The notes under the pieces: model-generated
Seen by the model: only the letters and a program-made list of their open reading frames with translations
What the model was told of the DNA's origin: nothing
The model's database searches: none
Translations under genes and position numbers: made by a program
Shown here: positions 28,554 through 38,539 of the stretch, piece by piece
Layout of the letters: the number at the start of each line of letters is the position of its first letter
Position numbering within the stretch: the stretch's first letter is position 1
NCBI GenBank assembly: GCA_005888745.1
Contig: VBBS01000027.1
Span: forward strand, 55,045-119,044
DNA: 64,000 nt
Source of the DNA: Candidatus Bathyarchaeota archaeon
Lineage (GTDB): Archaea > Thermoproteota > Bathyarchaeia > 40CM-2-53-6
Reading direction: 5' to 3'

Positions 28554-28931
28554 TTACGCTTTACAATCAGCCTGAGGAACCACGGGAGGGCGTCGATCCA
28601 TCTTACTCGTTTGGGGCGCATGATCCGCAACCGTGTTTGTTTCCATCGCTGGTTCCATGCGTCTGGCAAGGATAATCAATAGGATTCCTAGAACAATGAA
28701 GGTTATGCTCGAGAAGAACGCTGCATTACGGACAACATCGTACCAAAAAAACACTCCTGGAACGCAGCCGGTTGCTGGGCAGGATTCTGGTCCGCCGGTG
28801 AGAAGGCTGATGAAGAACAAGACTAGACCGATCAGTGTAAGGCCGAATCCGAGAGTCTGAATGGCATACTTGTCAAATCGTGGCAAACGAACCCACCCTG
28901 CAAAAGAAACGTAGGCATCTCTAAAAAGCAA
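28554..28931 (-). CDS. small membrane protein, hypothetical
   Basis: Three predicted TM helices. Confidence 0.4.
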   Translation of the reverse strand: MLFRDAYVSFAGWVRLPRFDKYAIQTLGFGLTLIGLVLFFISLLTGGPESCPATGCVPGVFFWYDVVRNAAFFSSITFIVLGILLIILARRMEPAMETNTVADHAPQTSKMDRRPPVVPQADCKA

Positions 28932-29110
28932 GATGGTCTTTCCGTAAGCACTTCCTAGTCCATGTCATACCTCTTCCTGTTCTTCTTCCGCGGTCGCTCA
29001 CCAGATCAACGCTCGATGCTCAACATGAAAATCTCTAGCCAAAAAAAGACCCTGACAAGGACGGTTATGTCTATTAGAAACCATCAGGCCCATAACCCTG
29101 ATGTGTTTGT

Positions 29111-30148
29111 ATGCCTAAGCCGGCGGCCAAGGTTGGAGTAAACGGTTTTGGAGTCATCGGCAAGCGTGTTGCCGAGGCTGTGTCGAAGCAGAAGGACATG
29201 AAACTCATCGGCGTCTCCGACGTCGTCGCAGATTATCGCGTGAAGATGGGGCAGAAGAAGAATTTCGCGATATACAGTTCCATTCCCGAGAAACTTCCCG
29301 ATATGAAAAAGGCGGGAATAGAGGTGTCAGGGGTTCTAGAGGACCTAATCAAAAAGGTCGACGTCATGATCGACTGCACTCCAGCAGGCCTCGGCGCAAA
29401 GAACAAGGAACAATACGACAAGCTCGGCATCAAATCCGTCTTTCAGGGCGGCGAGAAACACGATCTCACGGGATCGTCATTCGTTGCCCAGTGCAACTAT
29501 GAAGAGAATCTGAACAAGAACGCCACGCGGGTCGTGAGCTGCAACACAACCGGAATCTGCAGAACCATCGGGGCGCTACAGAGCGGGTTAGGAGTGAGAA
29601 AAGCGAGAGTAGTCGTGTTTCGAAGAGGAACAGATCCGTGGGAGAGTCACAAGAATGGGCTCATCAATACTGTGGTCCCGGAAGCGCATATTCCATCTCA
29701 TCAGGGACCCGACGCACAGACCGTCTTGCCCAAGCTAGACATTACAACAATGGCCGCGAAGGGACCTTTCAACATCGGCCACCTCCACTTCGCCATGGTA
29801 CAATTGAAGAACAAACCGGAGAGAAAGGACGTTCTGAAAGTATTGAAGAACGCGCCCAGGCTGGCCCCTGTCAGGACGACTGATGGAGTTGACAGCATGA
29901 ACGCTGTAGCCGAGATGATGCGAGACATGCACAGAGCCAGGGCCGACATGTGGGAGGTCGCGTACTGGGAAGACATACTCAACGTCACTGACGGCGAGGC
30001 GAACCTCGTCTACCAGGTCCATAACGAGAGCGTAGTGGTTCCAGAGAACGTTGACGCCATAAGGGCACTCACGGGCTTGGAAAGTGAAGGACGGAGGTCT
30101 ATTGCGAAGACTGACGAGGCTCTCGGAATCACAAACAAGTTCCTCTAA
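29111..30148 (+). CDS. gap: glyceraldehyde-3-phosphate dehydrogenase, archaeal type II
   Basis: VGVNGFGVIGKRV Rossmann motif and active-site SCNTTG. Confidence 0.9.
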   Translation: MPKPAAKVGVNGFGVIGKRVAEAVSKQKDMKLIGVSDVVADYRVKMGQKKNFAIYSSIPEKLPDMKKAGIEVSGVLEDLIKKVDVMIDCTPAGLGAKNKEQYDKLGIKSVFQGGEKHDLTGSSFVAQCNYEENLNKNATRVVSCNTTGICRTIGALQSGLGVRKARVVVFRRGTDPWESHKNGLINTVVPEAHIPSHQGPDAQTVLPKLDITTMAAKGPFNIGHLHFAMVQLKNKPERKDVLKVLKNAPRLAPVRTTDGVDSMNAVAEMMRDMHRARADMWEVAYWEDILNVTDGEANLVYQVHNESVVVPENVDAIRALTGLESEGRRSIAKTDEALGITNKFL

Positions 30149-30181
30149 GATAGACTGCACGAAAAAACTCTAGGTTTTTCT

Positions 30182-31042
30182 TCAGGTGACAACAAGGTCG
30201 ATGTTTGCGCTACTGTCAGGGACGCGCCCCCCGTATCCGTAAACAGAGTATCGGATCGTTGCGGGACTAATACTGGGATCGGTCGCGAAAGTAACCACCG
30301 TGTAATTCGATCCACCGGGCTTCAGAAATACGCTCGCGGGACTAATCGTTACTGTCGGAGTGAGTCCGCAGTGATTGCATGAGCTTTGCCATGTGAAATT
30401 GATCATCCCGCCGAATGTTCCAAGACTAGTGACTGTGATCGTTGAGGTGGCTGATTGCCCCTTGGGAATGGAGAGCTGGGTGGGGGAAGCTGAGAGTTTG
30501 AATGCGGGTGGGGTAGGTCGTGGTGGAGCGTACTGCCCATTTCGCCACGACACAGTGAAACCAATAGGACGGGTCGAAGAGTTGAGGACCGCAATGTAAT
30601 CATAACCCCCCCAGGAACTCAAGTAAACTGTATTTCCACTCTTTAGCGGAATGGTTTGACCAGCCAGACAGTTGACCGGACAGGTGAGCGAGAGAGTTAG
30701 GTACCCACGGGGAAGGGTAAAGATGGGAACGAGGGGGAAGTATTGAGGGTCACGACACATGAAACAAGTTAACGTGTCGAGCGGAAAAATCTTCAGAGCA
30801 TAATTTCCGGAGCAGCTGAACTCGACAGTGTGATTGCCTCCTCCCGTTGCGATTGTCGTCACGCTTAGAGTTGGACACTGGGGTTCCGCGTAACGAATTA
30901 TAGAGACCGCAGGGAAATTCTGGTTCCCTAAATAGGACTCAACCAGGATGATGATCAGCAAGGATGACTCCAGGATTAGAGCCAAGATTAGGAGAGCCAG
31001 GAACCACTTCTTCTGAAGAAGACCCTTGATGCCTGCCCGCAT
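30182..31042 (-). CDS. secreted/membrane-anchored hypothetical protein
   Basis: N-terminal hydrophobic anchor, Thr/Ser/Gly-rich beta-type body, multiple Cys. Confidence 0.45.
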   Translation of the reverse strand: MRAGIKGLLQKKWFLALLILALILESSLLIIILVESYLGNQNFPAVSIIRYAEPQCPTLSVTTIATGGGNHTVEFSCSGNYALKIFPLDTLTCFMCRDPQYFPLVPIFTLPRGYLTLSLTCPVNCLAGQTIPLKSGNTVYLSSWGGYDYIAVLNSSTRPIGFTVSWRNGQYAPPRPTPPAFKLSASPTQLSIPKGQSATSTITVTSLGTFGGMINFTWQSSCNHCGLTPTVTISPASVFLKPGGSNYTVVTFATDPSISPATIRYSVYGYGGRVPDSSANIDLVVT

Positions 31043-31226
31043 TTAGTACGACAACGACCTGAACCGAGCCAAGTAGAAAGGAATTGTGTCGAGACTATCT
31101 GACCAACTCGACCAACCCCCGCCACCACGAGAGCTGATCGAATATGGCCGAGTGGTTTAGAATCTCCAAACCAAATATAGCGGTTGGAAGGCTGACCTGA
31201 GTTTCTATACTCGGAGAGAATTACAA

Positions 31227-32735
31227 GTGGAGTTGCGTGAGAATGATGTTAAAGTCCTGAGAACTCTCCGGGACGCGGGCGGAATCGCTTCAGCTGAAGA
31301 TATAATCCGGAAAGCCGGCATAGTCGACGCGGCTGTTGCCCGCGCGTCACTCACACTGTCAGAACTAGGCCTAGTCAAGGAACAGACAACAAGGACCACC
31401 GAAATATTTTGTACCGAGGAAGGACATGATTATCTGGCTAATGGACTACCCGAGCGAAGGGTCGCCACGGTAGTTCACGATGCCGGGGGAAAACTCTCGG
31501 TCAGCGAAGCGGTCCAGCAAGCGGGTCTGCCACAAGACTTTGTCTCAATAGTCACAGGCTGGATTGCCCGCAAACGCTGGGGAAAGATCGAGAAAACAAG
31601 TTCAGGCAATATTCTACTGATCTCGAAAAACCCGCCCAAAGACGAAGATGAAGAGGTTCTCGAGAGAATTGGCCATGTCAGCATTCCAATAGAAGAATTG
31701 CCGAGCAACCTGAGACAAGCAGCCGATAGACTCCTCAAGAGAAACATCCTGGCCTCGAAGGAACGAGTACAGCGGAAACTACAGATCACCCCTCAAGGGT
31801 TGGACGCGATTCCGGCCCAAGCATCTGTCGATGAGATTAGCAGTCTAACAAGCGAGATGATTCTCTCTGGAGACTGGAAGAGAGTCCACCTTCGATCGTA
31901 CAATGTTTCTTCACCTGTCCCTTCGCTCAGTCCTGGAAAGTATCATCCTTACTTGCGATTCTTGCGGAGGGTCAAACGGAAGCTTGTTGCGCTCGGGTTC
32001 AGAGAGGCTGTCGGACCCCTGGTCGAAACCGCCTTCATCAACGACGACTGCCTCTACATGCCGCAAGATCATCCAGCGAGAGAAATCCACGATCTCTACT
32101 ACCTGAAACACCCGTCCAAAGCGAGCCTGGAATCATGGAAGGAAATCGTGGAGAAGGTAGCGCAGACCCACGAGAACGGCTGGAAGACAGGGTCCACCGG
32201 ATGGGGCTACAAGTACTCGAGAGAAGAAGCCTCCAAACTAGTCCTTCGGAGCCACGGCACCGCTCTAAGTGTCCGGTCAATGATTTCCAAGGACCTTCAG
32301 ATTCCAGGCAAATACTTTGCTATCGCGAGGTGCTTCCGGCCCGAACTCCTCGACAGAACTCACTTGACAGAATTCAACCAGGCGGAAGGGATCGTTCTCG
32401 ATCCCAGCCTCAACCTACGCAATCTCCTCGGGGTCTTGGAGATGTTCGCTCGCGAGGTCGCGGGGGCCGACAGGGTCCGTTTCAAACCCGACTACTTTCC
32501 ATTTACAGAACCCAGTGTCGAGTTGCAAGCCTACAAGGAAGGATACGGATGGATGGAGTTCGGCGGCAGCGGAATATTTAGACCCGAAGTCACAGAACCC
32601 CTCGGCATCAAAGTACCCGTGATCGCGTGGGGGCTCGGAATAGACAGGCTGTTCATGATGAACCAGCAGATCCAGGATATCAGACAGCTCTTCACAACTG
32701 ACCTCGAATGGATAAGGCAACAGAAGGTCGGCTAG
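31227..32735 (+). CDS. pheS: phenylalanine--tRNA ligase alpha subunit (archaeal type)
   Basis: 502 aa; class-II motifs incl. FRPDYFPFTEPS; GTG start. Confidence 0.9.
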   Translation: MELRENDVKVLRTLRDAGGIASAEDIIRKAGIVDAAVARASLTLSELGLVKEQTTRTTEIFCTEEGHDYLANGLPERRVATVVHDAGGKLSVSEAVQQAGLPQDFVSIVTGWIARKRWGKIEKTSSGNILLISKNPPKDEDEEVLERIGHVSIPIEELPSNLRQAADRLLKRNILASKERVQRKLQITPQGLDAIPAQASVDEISSLTSEMILSGDWKRVHLRSYNVSSPVPSLSPGKYHPYLRFLRRVKRKLVALGFREAVGPLVETAFINDDCLYMPQDHPAREIHDLYYLKHPSKASLESWKEIVEKVAQTHENGWKTGSTGWGYKYSREEASKLVLRSHGTALSVRSMISKDLQIPGKYFAIARCFRPELLDRTHLTEFNQAEGIVLDPSLNLRNLLGVLEMFAREVAGADRVRFKPDYFPFTEPSVELQAYKEGYGWMEFGGSGIFRPEVTEPLGIKVPVIAWGLGIDRLFMMNQQIQDIRQLFTTDLEWIRQQKVG

Positions 32736-32844
32736 AACGCCCTCAGTCCAATTCTCTCTGGCGGATCTGGAAGATCTCCTTGGACAGAAGGTTCCCCGAG
32801 ACGAAGACGGGCTCAACCAGCTCCTCGCCTACGTCAAGGGCGAC

Positions 32845-34422
32845 GTGGAATCCCTCGACGAACAGAATGACAGCGTCAGCATCGAGGTCAAAGACAGCAA
32901 CCATCCCGACATCTGGTCGGTAGAGGGAATCGCACGCGCTCTCCGCACTCATCTCGGTCTTACCAAGCCCAAGGCTCCAATCCTTACCGGAAAATCCGGT
33001 CTGAGAGTCACAATAGATCGTAGACTAGGTGCAGTCCGGCCTTTCATCGCAACCTCCATCGTGAGAAACGTCAAGCCAAGCGAGGACGCCCTGAAGAGCT
33101 GGATAAGCCTACAAGAAAAAATGGACCTCACGTACGGTAGAAAGAGAAAACGTGCCTCAATCGGGTTCTACCAAGCCGACCTGATCAAGTCACCTCTTCG
33201 CTACACTGTTGGCAATCCTGAAGACACAGGGTTCGTCCCCCTAGGCTCAACAGAGAAGATGTCTCTCCGAGAGATTGTAGAGAAGCATCCTAAGGGAATT
33301 GAGTATGGAGGAACAATCTCATCTTTCAAAGACTGGCCGCTCCTGGAGAACGGCGACGGCAAGATTCTCTCTCTTCCACCAATCATCAACTCCAACGATC
33401 TGGGCAAGATCGCCTCAGATACGAAGAACATCCTGGTAGAGGTCACAGGGACGAATATCGAAACCGTAGGCAATACGCTGAAGATAGTCGTAGCCGCTCT
33501 CGCCGAAAGAGGAGGCAAGATCTACAGCTGTACTCAAACCTACACGGACAAGTACTCCAAGCCGATAACTACGCCAGACCTGAAATCCAGCATCAAGGAA
33601 TTATCAGTCAACTATGCTAACAGACTTCTTGGATCCACGTTCAAACCAGCAGAGATGATACGATCCTTAGTGAGAGCCGGCCATCCTGCTCGACAGGTGA
33701 GTAAGGACATCTTGCGCGTGGAGAGCCTCTGCTACCGTATCGACATCATGCATCAAGTTGACCTCGTCGAGGATCTCGCGATCGCACTTGACATTAACAG
33801 GCTAGATCCTGAATGGCCGAGAATCTGGACTCTCGGGGGACTAGCGCCTGAAACAGATAGACACGAGACTCTTGCCGAAATCATGATCGGGCTAGGATAC
33901 CAGGAGCTTCTGACCTACAGTCTGACATCCCCTGAAGTCTTCGTTGACAAGATGGGCATAAAACGCGAAAAATACGCGGAGCTGATGAATCCTAAGATGT
34001 CAACCCATACCGCATTGAGAACCTGGCTTCTACCCAGCATTCTCAATTTGCTCAAGGACAATACTCATGTCGATTATCCTCAGAGAGTCTTCGAGATCGG
34101 ACCTTGCGTAGTTGTCAAAGAAAATGGCGAAGGTCAGACGGAAACTCGATACAAGATCGCTGCGGCGACAGTTCACACAGCAGCCGGCTTCACTGAGATT
34201 CGATCTTGCCTCGACACACTCCTCGCAAGCATCGGGGTCAAGTTCGAGGTCGTGCCCACGGTTCAACCGAGCTTTCTCGAGGGACGCACTGGGGAGGTGA
34301 TGTCAGGGCAAGAGCGACTAGGAGTAGTTGGAGAGTTGCACCCGAAGATAATCCGTGCTTGGAGTCTCAGCCTCCCCGTCGCAGCTTTCGAACTAGAGAT
34401 TCCACCAATGGAGGCTGGTTAG
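32845..34422 (+). CDS. pheT: phenylalanine--tRNA ligase beta subunit (archaeal type); true N-terminus likely begins ~32737
   Basis: B3/4 and B5 domains; the conserved N-terminus ...PSVQFSLADLEDLLGQKVP is encoded in frame upstream of the first GTG with no ATG/GTG/TTG available. Confidence 0.85.
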   Translation: MESLDEQNDSVSIEVKDSNHPDIWSVEGIARALRTHLGLTKPKAPILTGKSGLRVTIDRRLGAVRPFIATSIVRNVKPSEDALKSWISLQEKMDLTYGRKRKRASIGFYQADLIKSPLRYTVGNPEDTGFVPLGSTEKMSLREIVEKHPKGIEYGGTISSFKDWPLLENGDGKILSLPPIINSNDLGKIASDTKNILVEVTGTNIETVGNTLKIVVAALAERGGKIYSCTQTYTDKYSKPITTPDLKSSIKELSVNYANRLLGSTFKPAEMIRSLVRAGHPARQVSKDILRVESLCYRIDIMHQVDLVEDLAIALDINRLDPEWPRIWTLGGLAPETDRHETLAEIMIGLGYQELLTYSLTSPEVFVDKMGIKREKYAELMNPKMSTHTALRTWLLPSILNLLKDNTHVDYPQRVFEIGPCVVVKENGEGQTETRYKIAAATVHTAAGFTEIRSCLDTLLASIGVKFEVVPTVQPSFLEGRTGEVMSGQERLGVVGELHPKIIRAWSLSLPVAAFELEIPPMEAG

Positions 34423-34423
34423 G

Positions 34424-35578
34424 ATGGTCGAGGAGAAGTTCGTCGTAACCCCTTGGGAGGTCAAGGGGGCGGTCGATTATGACCGACTGATCCGGGACTT
34501 CGGAACCCAACCGATAGCCGGCCTGCTGACCAAGAGGATGGAGGAGATTATGGGTGATGCTGGCTACCTCATCCGCCGGCACATCTTCTTCTCACACCGA
34601 GACCTCAACCTTGTTCTCGACGACTACTCGAAGGGCAAGGGATTATTCCTGTATACTGGTCGTGGACCTAGCGGTCCGATGCACATTGGCCACATACTCA
34701 GCTTCTACTTCACAAAGTGGCTGCAAGACAAATTTCATTCAAACGTCTACATTCAGATAACGGATGACGAAAAATTCCTTGAGGAGAAGCGGAACCTAAC
34801 CTACGAAGATACTCAACGATGGGCTGTAGATAATATTCGTGAAATTGCCGCGGTTGGCTTCGACCCTGATCGGACTTTCATTCTCCAAGACACGGAGTTC
34901 ATCGGACACGCGTATCCTCTAATTCTGAAAATAGCCCGGCGAGTCAATTTCAGCCTCGCCAAGTCAGTTTTCGGGTTTACTGGCGAGACAAACATCGGTT
35001 TCGCTTTCTACCCATCGATCCAGATTCTTCCAACCCTTCTCGAAAAAAGGCGCTGCCTCATCCCGTCGGCCATAGACCAGGACCCATACTGGAGGATACA
35101 ACGCGACATTGCCGAATCCATGGGATACTACAAGGCTGCTGCCGTTCACAGCAAGTTCCTGCCCCCGCTAACAGGGATGAAAGACAAGATGAGCTCATCA
35201 AAACCCGAGACTGCAATCTACCTCAGCGATGATGACAAGACGGTTCGGAACAAGGTATACCGGTACGCTTTTTCTGGTGGACAAGCGACCAAGGAGGAAC
35301 ATCGGAAGAAGGGTGGAGACCCCGATGTTGATGTTCCCTTCCAGTGGCTCTACATGTTCTTTGAGCCCGATGACAAGAGAATAGAGCAGATACGCGTCGA
35401 GTACAAAAGCGGCCGAATGCTTACAGGGGACCTCAAAGACATACTCATTGAAAAGGTGACAACATTTCTCAACCAGCACCGACAACGTAGAGAGAAAGCT
35501 GGCGACCTCATACATTTCTACAAGAAAGACGGGACGCTTGCACAGGAAATGTGGACTCGTGACTTCAGTAAATCGTAG
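34424..35578 (+). CDS. trpS: tryptophan--tRNA ligase (archaeal/eukaryotic type)
   Basis: Class-I GPSGPMHIGH (HIGH) motif and KMSSS. Confidence 0.9.
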   Translation: MVEEKFVVTPWEVKGAVDYDRLIRDFGTQPIAGLLTKRMEEIMGDAGYLIRRHIFFSHRDLNLVLDDYSKGKGLFLYTGRGPSGPMHIGHILSFYFTKWLQDKFHSNVYIQITDDEKFLEEKRNLTYEDTQRWAVDNIREIAAVGFDPDRTFILQDTEFIGHAYPLILKIARRVNFSLAKSVFGFTGETNIGFAFYPSIQILPTLLEKRRCLIPSAIDQDPYWRIQRDIAESMGYYKAAAVHSKFLPPLTGMKDKMSSSKPETAIYLSDDDKTVRNKVYRYAFSGGQATKEEHRKKGGDPDVDVPFQWLYMFFEPDDKRIEQIRVEYKSGRMLTGDLKDILIEKVTTFLNQHRQRREKAGDLIHFYKKDGTLAQEMWTRDFSKS

Positions 35579-35583
35579 TTCAT

Positions 35584-36543
35584 ATGTCAGAGGAGTATCC
35601 TTTCAAGCATAGCAAACTTAGGAGTATGGTGGATTCAGTGTACGATTCGGAAGCCCTGAACTCTTTCCGGAAATCAGGCCAGATCATCGCAAAGCTCCGG
35701 AAGGAAATAGCCTCCATCGTCAAGCCGGGAAAACCCGCGCTGAAGATATGCGTGGAAATCGAAAGCCGGATTCGGGAGCTCGGAGGCAAGCCGGCCTTCC
35801 CCGTCAATATCGGGATCAATGAGATTGCCGCACACTACACGTCGCCGCCCGGCGACACTCTAACCATTCCCTCCGGGTCAATGGTGAAAGTTGACTTCGG
35901 GGTCCACGTGAACGGTTACGTGACGGACACGGCTGTGACCGTTTTCTATGATCCGAAATTCGAACCGATGGTGAAGGCTGCTGACGATGCATTGCAGAAC
36001 GCAATCAAAACATTCAGAGGAGGAGTCAAACTATCAGATATCGGACGAGTCATCCAGACAACGATAGGAAAGTATGGGTTCCGACCCATTAGCAATCTCA
36101 CAGGTCACAGCATCGAAAGGTACAGCATTCACGCAGGTAAATCCGTGCCAAACGTTCCAGTGCTTGCCGCAGGGAAGGCAAACGAAGGCGAAGTGTTCGC
36201 CATCGAACCTTTCGTAACCCTGCCCGACGCCGCAGGCTCCGTCACAAACATGCTGCCGGCCCAGATCTACCGCTACATAAAATCCAAAGGCGTTAAAAAC
36301 GACGAGTCCAAGAAAGTCCTCGACGACATATACGCAAGATTCTCAACCCTGCCCTTCGCACCCCGCTGGCTGGAAGACAAGTTCCCTAGAGAGACCGCTA
36401 AGCGCGCGATGCTAGACCTGACACACAACAAGTGTGTAGGCGGATATCCTGTCTTAGTGGAGGAGACTCGGAGACCCGTTGCCCAGTCAGAACATACGGT
36501 TCTGGTCGGACGGGATGACTGTACCGTACTTACAACAGACTGA
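35584..36543 (+). CDS. map: methionine aminopeptidase, type 2 (archaeal)
   Basis: M24 pita-bread fold, metal ligands D/D/H/E/E in the expected order. Confidence 0.85.
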   Translation: MSEEYPFKHSKLRSMVDSVYDSEALNSFRKSGQIIAKLRKEIASIVKPGKPALKICVEIESRIRELGGKPAFPVNIGINEIAAHYTSPPGDTLTIPSGSMVKVDFGVHVNGYVTDTAVTVFYDPKFEPMVKAADDALQNAIKTFRGGVKLSDIGRVIQTTIGKYGFRPISNLTGHSIERYSIHAGKSVPNVPVLAAGKANEGEVFAIEPFVTLPDAAGSVTNMLPAQIYRYIKSKGVKNDESKKVLDDIYARFSTLPFAPRWLEDKFPRETAKRAMLDLTHNKCVGGYPVLVEETRRPVAQSEHTVLVGRDDCTVLTTD

Positions 36544-36548
36544 CAGGG

Positions 36549-36935
36549 CTACTTTTTCGGCGACCCTTCGGTGTAGATCCCGTTGATACTGAGGTCTCCA
36601 GTAGTACACTGGGTGCACTTGCCGAGCGTCTTGAAAACAAAATCTCCCAAAGCGAAGTTCTTGATCTGTTTGAAGCTGCACTGGCCGCACTTGACTACGG
36701 AAAGCACTTTTGGCGGTGTGAATGCGCCTATCCGGACTCCTCTCCTCATCCTCGTGAAAGACAGGACAACGAACGTGAAGGCGAGAACCGCGATTGTGAA
36801 ATAGAGAATCTGAATTGTCGGATCCAGATTACCGTTCAGAGCGAGACCGATAGTGTAGAGGCCGACTACCGCCATGACGGCGGCTACTATGGTTATGACT
36901 ATTGATGAGCCGCTACGTGGCTTAGGCTGCGACAC
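36549..36935 (-). CDS. membrane protein with C-terminal zinc-ribbon
   Basis: Two TM helices then CGQCSF...CTQC. Confidence 0.45.
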   Translation of the reverse strand: MSQPKPRSGSSIVITIVAAVMAVVGLYTIGLALNGNLDPTIQILYFTIAVLAFTFVVLSFTRMRRGVRIGAFTPPKVLSVVKCGQCSFKQIKNFALGDFVFKTLGKCTQCTTGDLSINGIYTEGSPKK

Positions 36936-36948
36936 CCCCGATATCCTT

Positions 36949-38061
36949 CTATTGACCGATACCGATGGTGTTGCCGATACCGGCGACTATTATAGTATCG
37001 CCCGGCTTGCTCCGTTCCAGAATGAGGCTCTTGATCCTCTCGATAACTTTCTCTCCAGCCTCCATTATCTCCTTCTTCATCGGCGTAATCGCTTCCTGAA
37101 TACTCTCCTTTACGATAACAGCGTAGACCGGAATCTTGTGGACTGTTGCTTCCTGTTCGATCTTGAACCGTTCCGTGCCGACGCCGCCGATAGCCGCCCC
37201 AATTCCTTCGCTGATCTCGCCTGAAGTCTCGCCCTCGAACTTCACCGCCGCATCCACCATGACCACCATCGAAACCTTACCAACATTTTCTTCGATGATC
37301 GTCTTGATGGCGTCCCCCGGTTTCCCAACGTTTCCGCCAGGACCCTCCGCCTTCAAAGCGATCACTCTACGGTCCTCCATCATCGTCTCCGCAACAACAA
37401 CGTCCTTCTCGACCTTCCGCTTCTCCTTGTCCTTCATCAGCCTCGAAGCAACAAGTGGTCCGATTCCATCCCCGATAGGCTGGCCCTCAGCGAACGCCTT
37501 CGCGGCGCCCAAGTAGGCCTCAGCCTCTTGGATAATCAGTGGAAGCAACGCTTGAAGCTGGATAATGATGAAGATACTGTTAGTCTTCTTCCCCATCAAG
37601 TAGAAGTGTCGGATAATCCTGTAGATCGTGTTAAGAGCCCAAGAGGCCTCCACCAAGTTCTCCAGGTTCATAACCTGAGAAGAGTCCGCGCCGGGCGCGA
37701 TCCTTCGAACATCCTCCTTGAACTTCGCATCTCGAACATCCAGCAAATGATCGATCTTGCCGACGATTCCAGCTGGGTCCATATCGACCGGCGAGATTAG
37801 GAATTGCTCCATCAACACATTGATTTGTGGACCGGGATCAGTTGAAGGTTTTCCGATTTCCTTGACGGTCTTGAGCGTTAGATCCTTCGCTGAGTTTCGG
37901 AACATGTCCAGTCTCCGCAATCCCTTGTCGATCTCCCAAAGGAACTGGCGCATCTGCAGCTTCTGACCAAACCCGAAGAACAGTGCGATGAAGAGAACAG
38001 TAAAGAGTAATTGACTGATGGTGCCCAGATTTCCCAGGATCGCATCGAAAGGTGTAGCCAA
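36949..38061 (-). CDS. membrane-anchored hypothetical protein (archaeal DUF1512-like)
   Basis: N-terminal TM, 370 aa, conserved-looking globular domain; no catalytic motif recognised. Confidence 0.45.
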   Translation of the reverse strand: MATPFDAILGNLGTISQLLFTVLFIALFFGFGQKLQMRQFLWEIDKGLRRLDMFRNSAKDLTLKTVKEIGKPSTDPGPQINVLMEQFLISPVDMDPAGIVGKIDHLLDVRDAKFKEDVRRIAPGADSSQVMNLENLVEASWALNTIYRIIRHFYLMGKKTNSIFIIIQLQALLPLIIQEAEAYLGAAKAFAEGQPIGDGIGPLVASRLMKDKEKRKVEKDVVVAETMMEDRRVIALKAEGPGGNVGKPGDAIKTIIEENVGKVSMVVMVDAAVKFEGETSGEISEGIGAAIGGVGTERFKIEQEATVHKIPVYAVIVKESIQEAITPMKKEIMEAGEKVIERIKSLILERSKPGDTIIVAGIGNTIGIGQ

Positions 38062-38236
38062 TTAGCCAGGGCTCCGAAATCTAACCGATTATTCCCGTCT
38101 GAATGTTATAAACGTTGATCCCTAAGACTAGCCCAAAGTAATCCGAAAGATATCCGACAGGAAAACCGTTACTTCTTGTTGAAACAGAAAATGAGGTTGG
38201 CAGCGGTCTAAGCTTCGCGTGGGCTTTCGCACCACA

Positions 38237-38503
38237 CTACCACATAGATCGCCTGGGAGATTCACTTCCGTGCTTCCGGTACGAGTCAAGCATCGCCCTA
38301 AGTGTTCCTGCCTTGCCAACATCACTGAATCCGATCCTATCACAGAATCGGAGCAAGTTGTCCCTGCCAAGGATGGCTAACTTCCAACTTGTAATCGTGC
38401 TCCTTCGAACGCCAGCCTTGGTGTCCAAGTACAACTTGGAGTCGATGCCCATTTCGGTGAGCATCCCGCCGATGTTTTCTAGGAGCATACTATTTGTGTC
38501 CAT
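38237..38503 (-). pseudogene. C-terminal remnant of an HTH-LAGLIDADG homing-endonuclease-like gene (third copy of the family in this window)
   Basis: MLTEMGIDSKLYLDTKAG...NLLRFCDRIGFSDVGKAGTL aligns with the C-terminal halves of ORFs 41264..41956 and 49282..50208 (LRECLGLKATLVYKGK...VKRFSRVVGFELARK); lacks the LAGLIDADG motifs themselves. Confidence 0.45.
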
Positions 38504-38539
38504 GATGCTTTTCTCGTTCTTTCGGAATGGGTACGGGTC

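Noticed and set aside
36551-36560. T5 run between convergent map and zinc-ribbon genes as an archaeal terminator
   Set aside because: Plausible, but a single short T-run in a 6-nt intergenic gap is insufficient evidence to call a terminator
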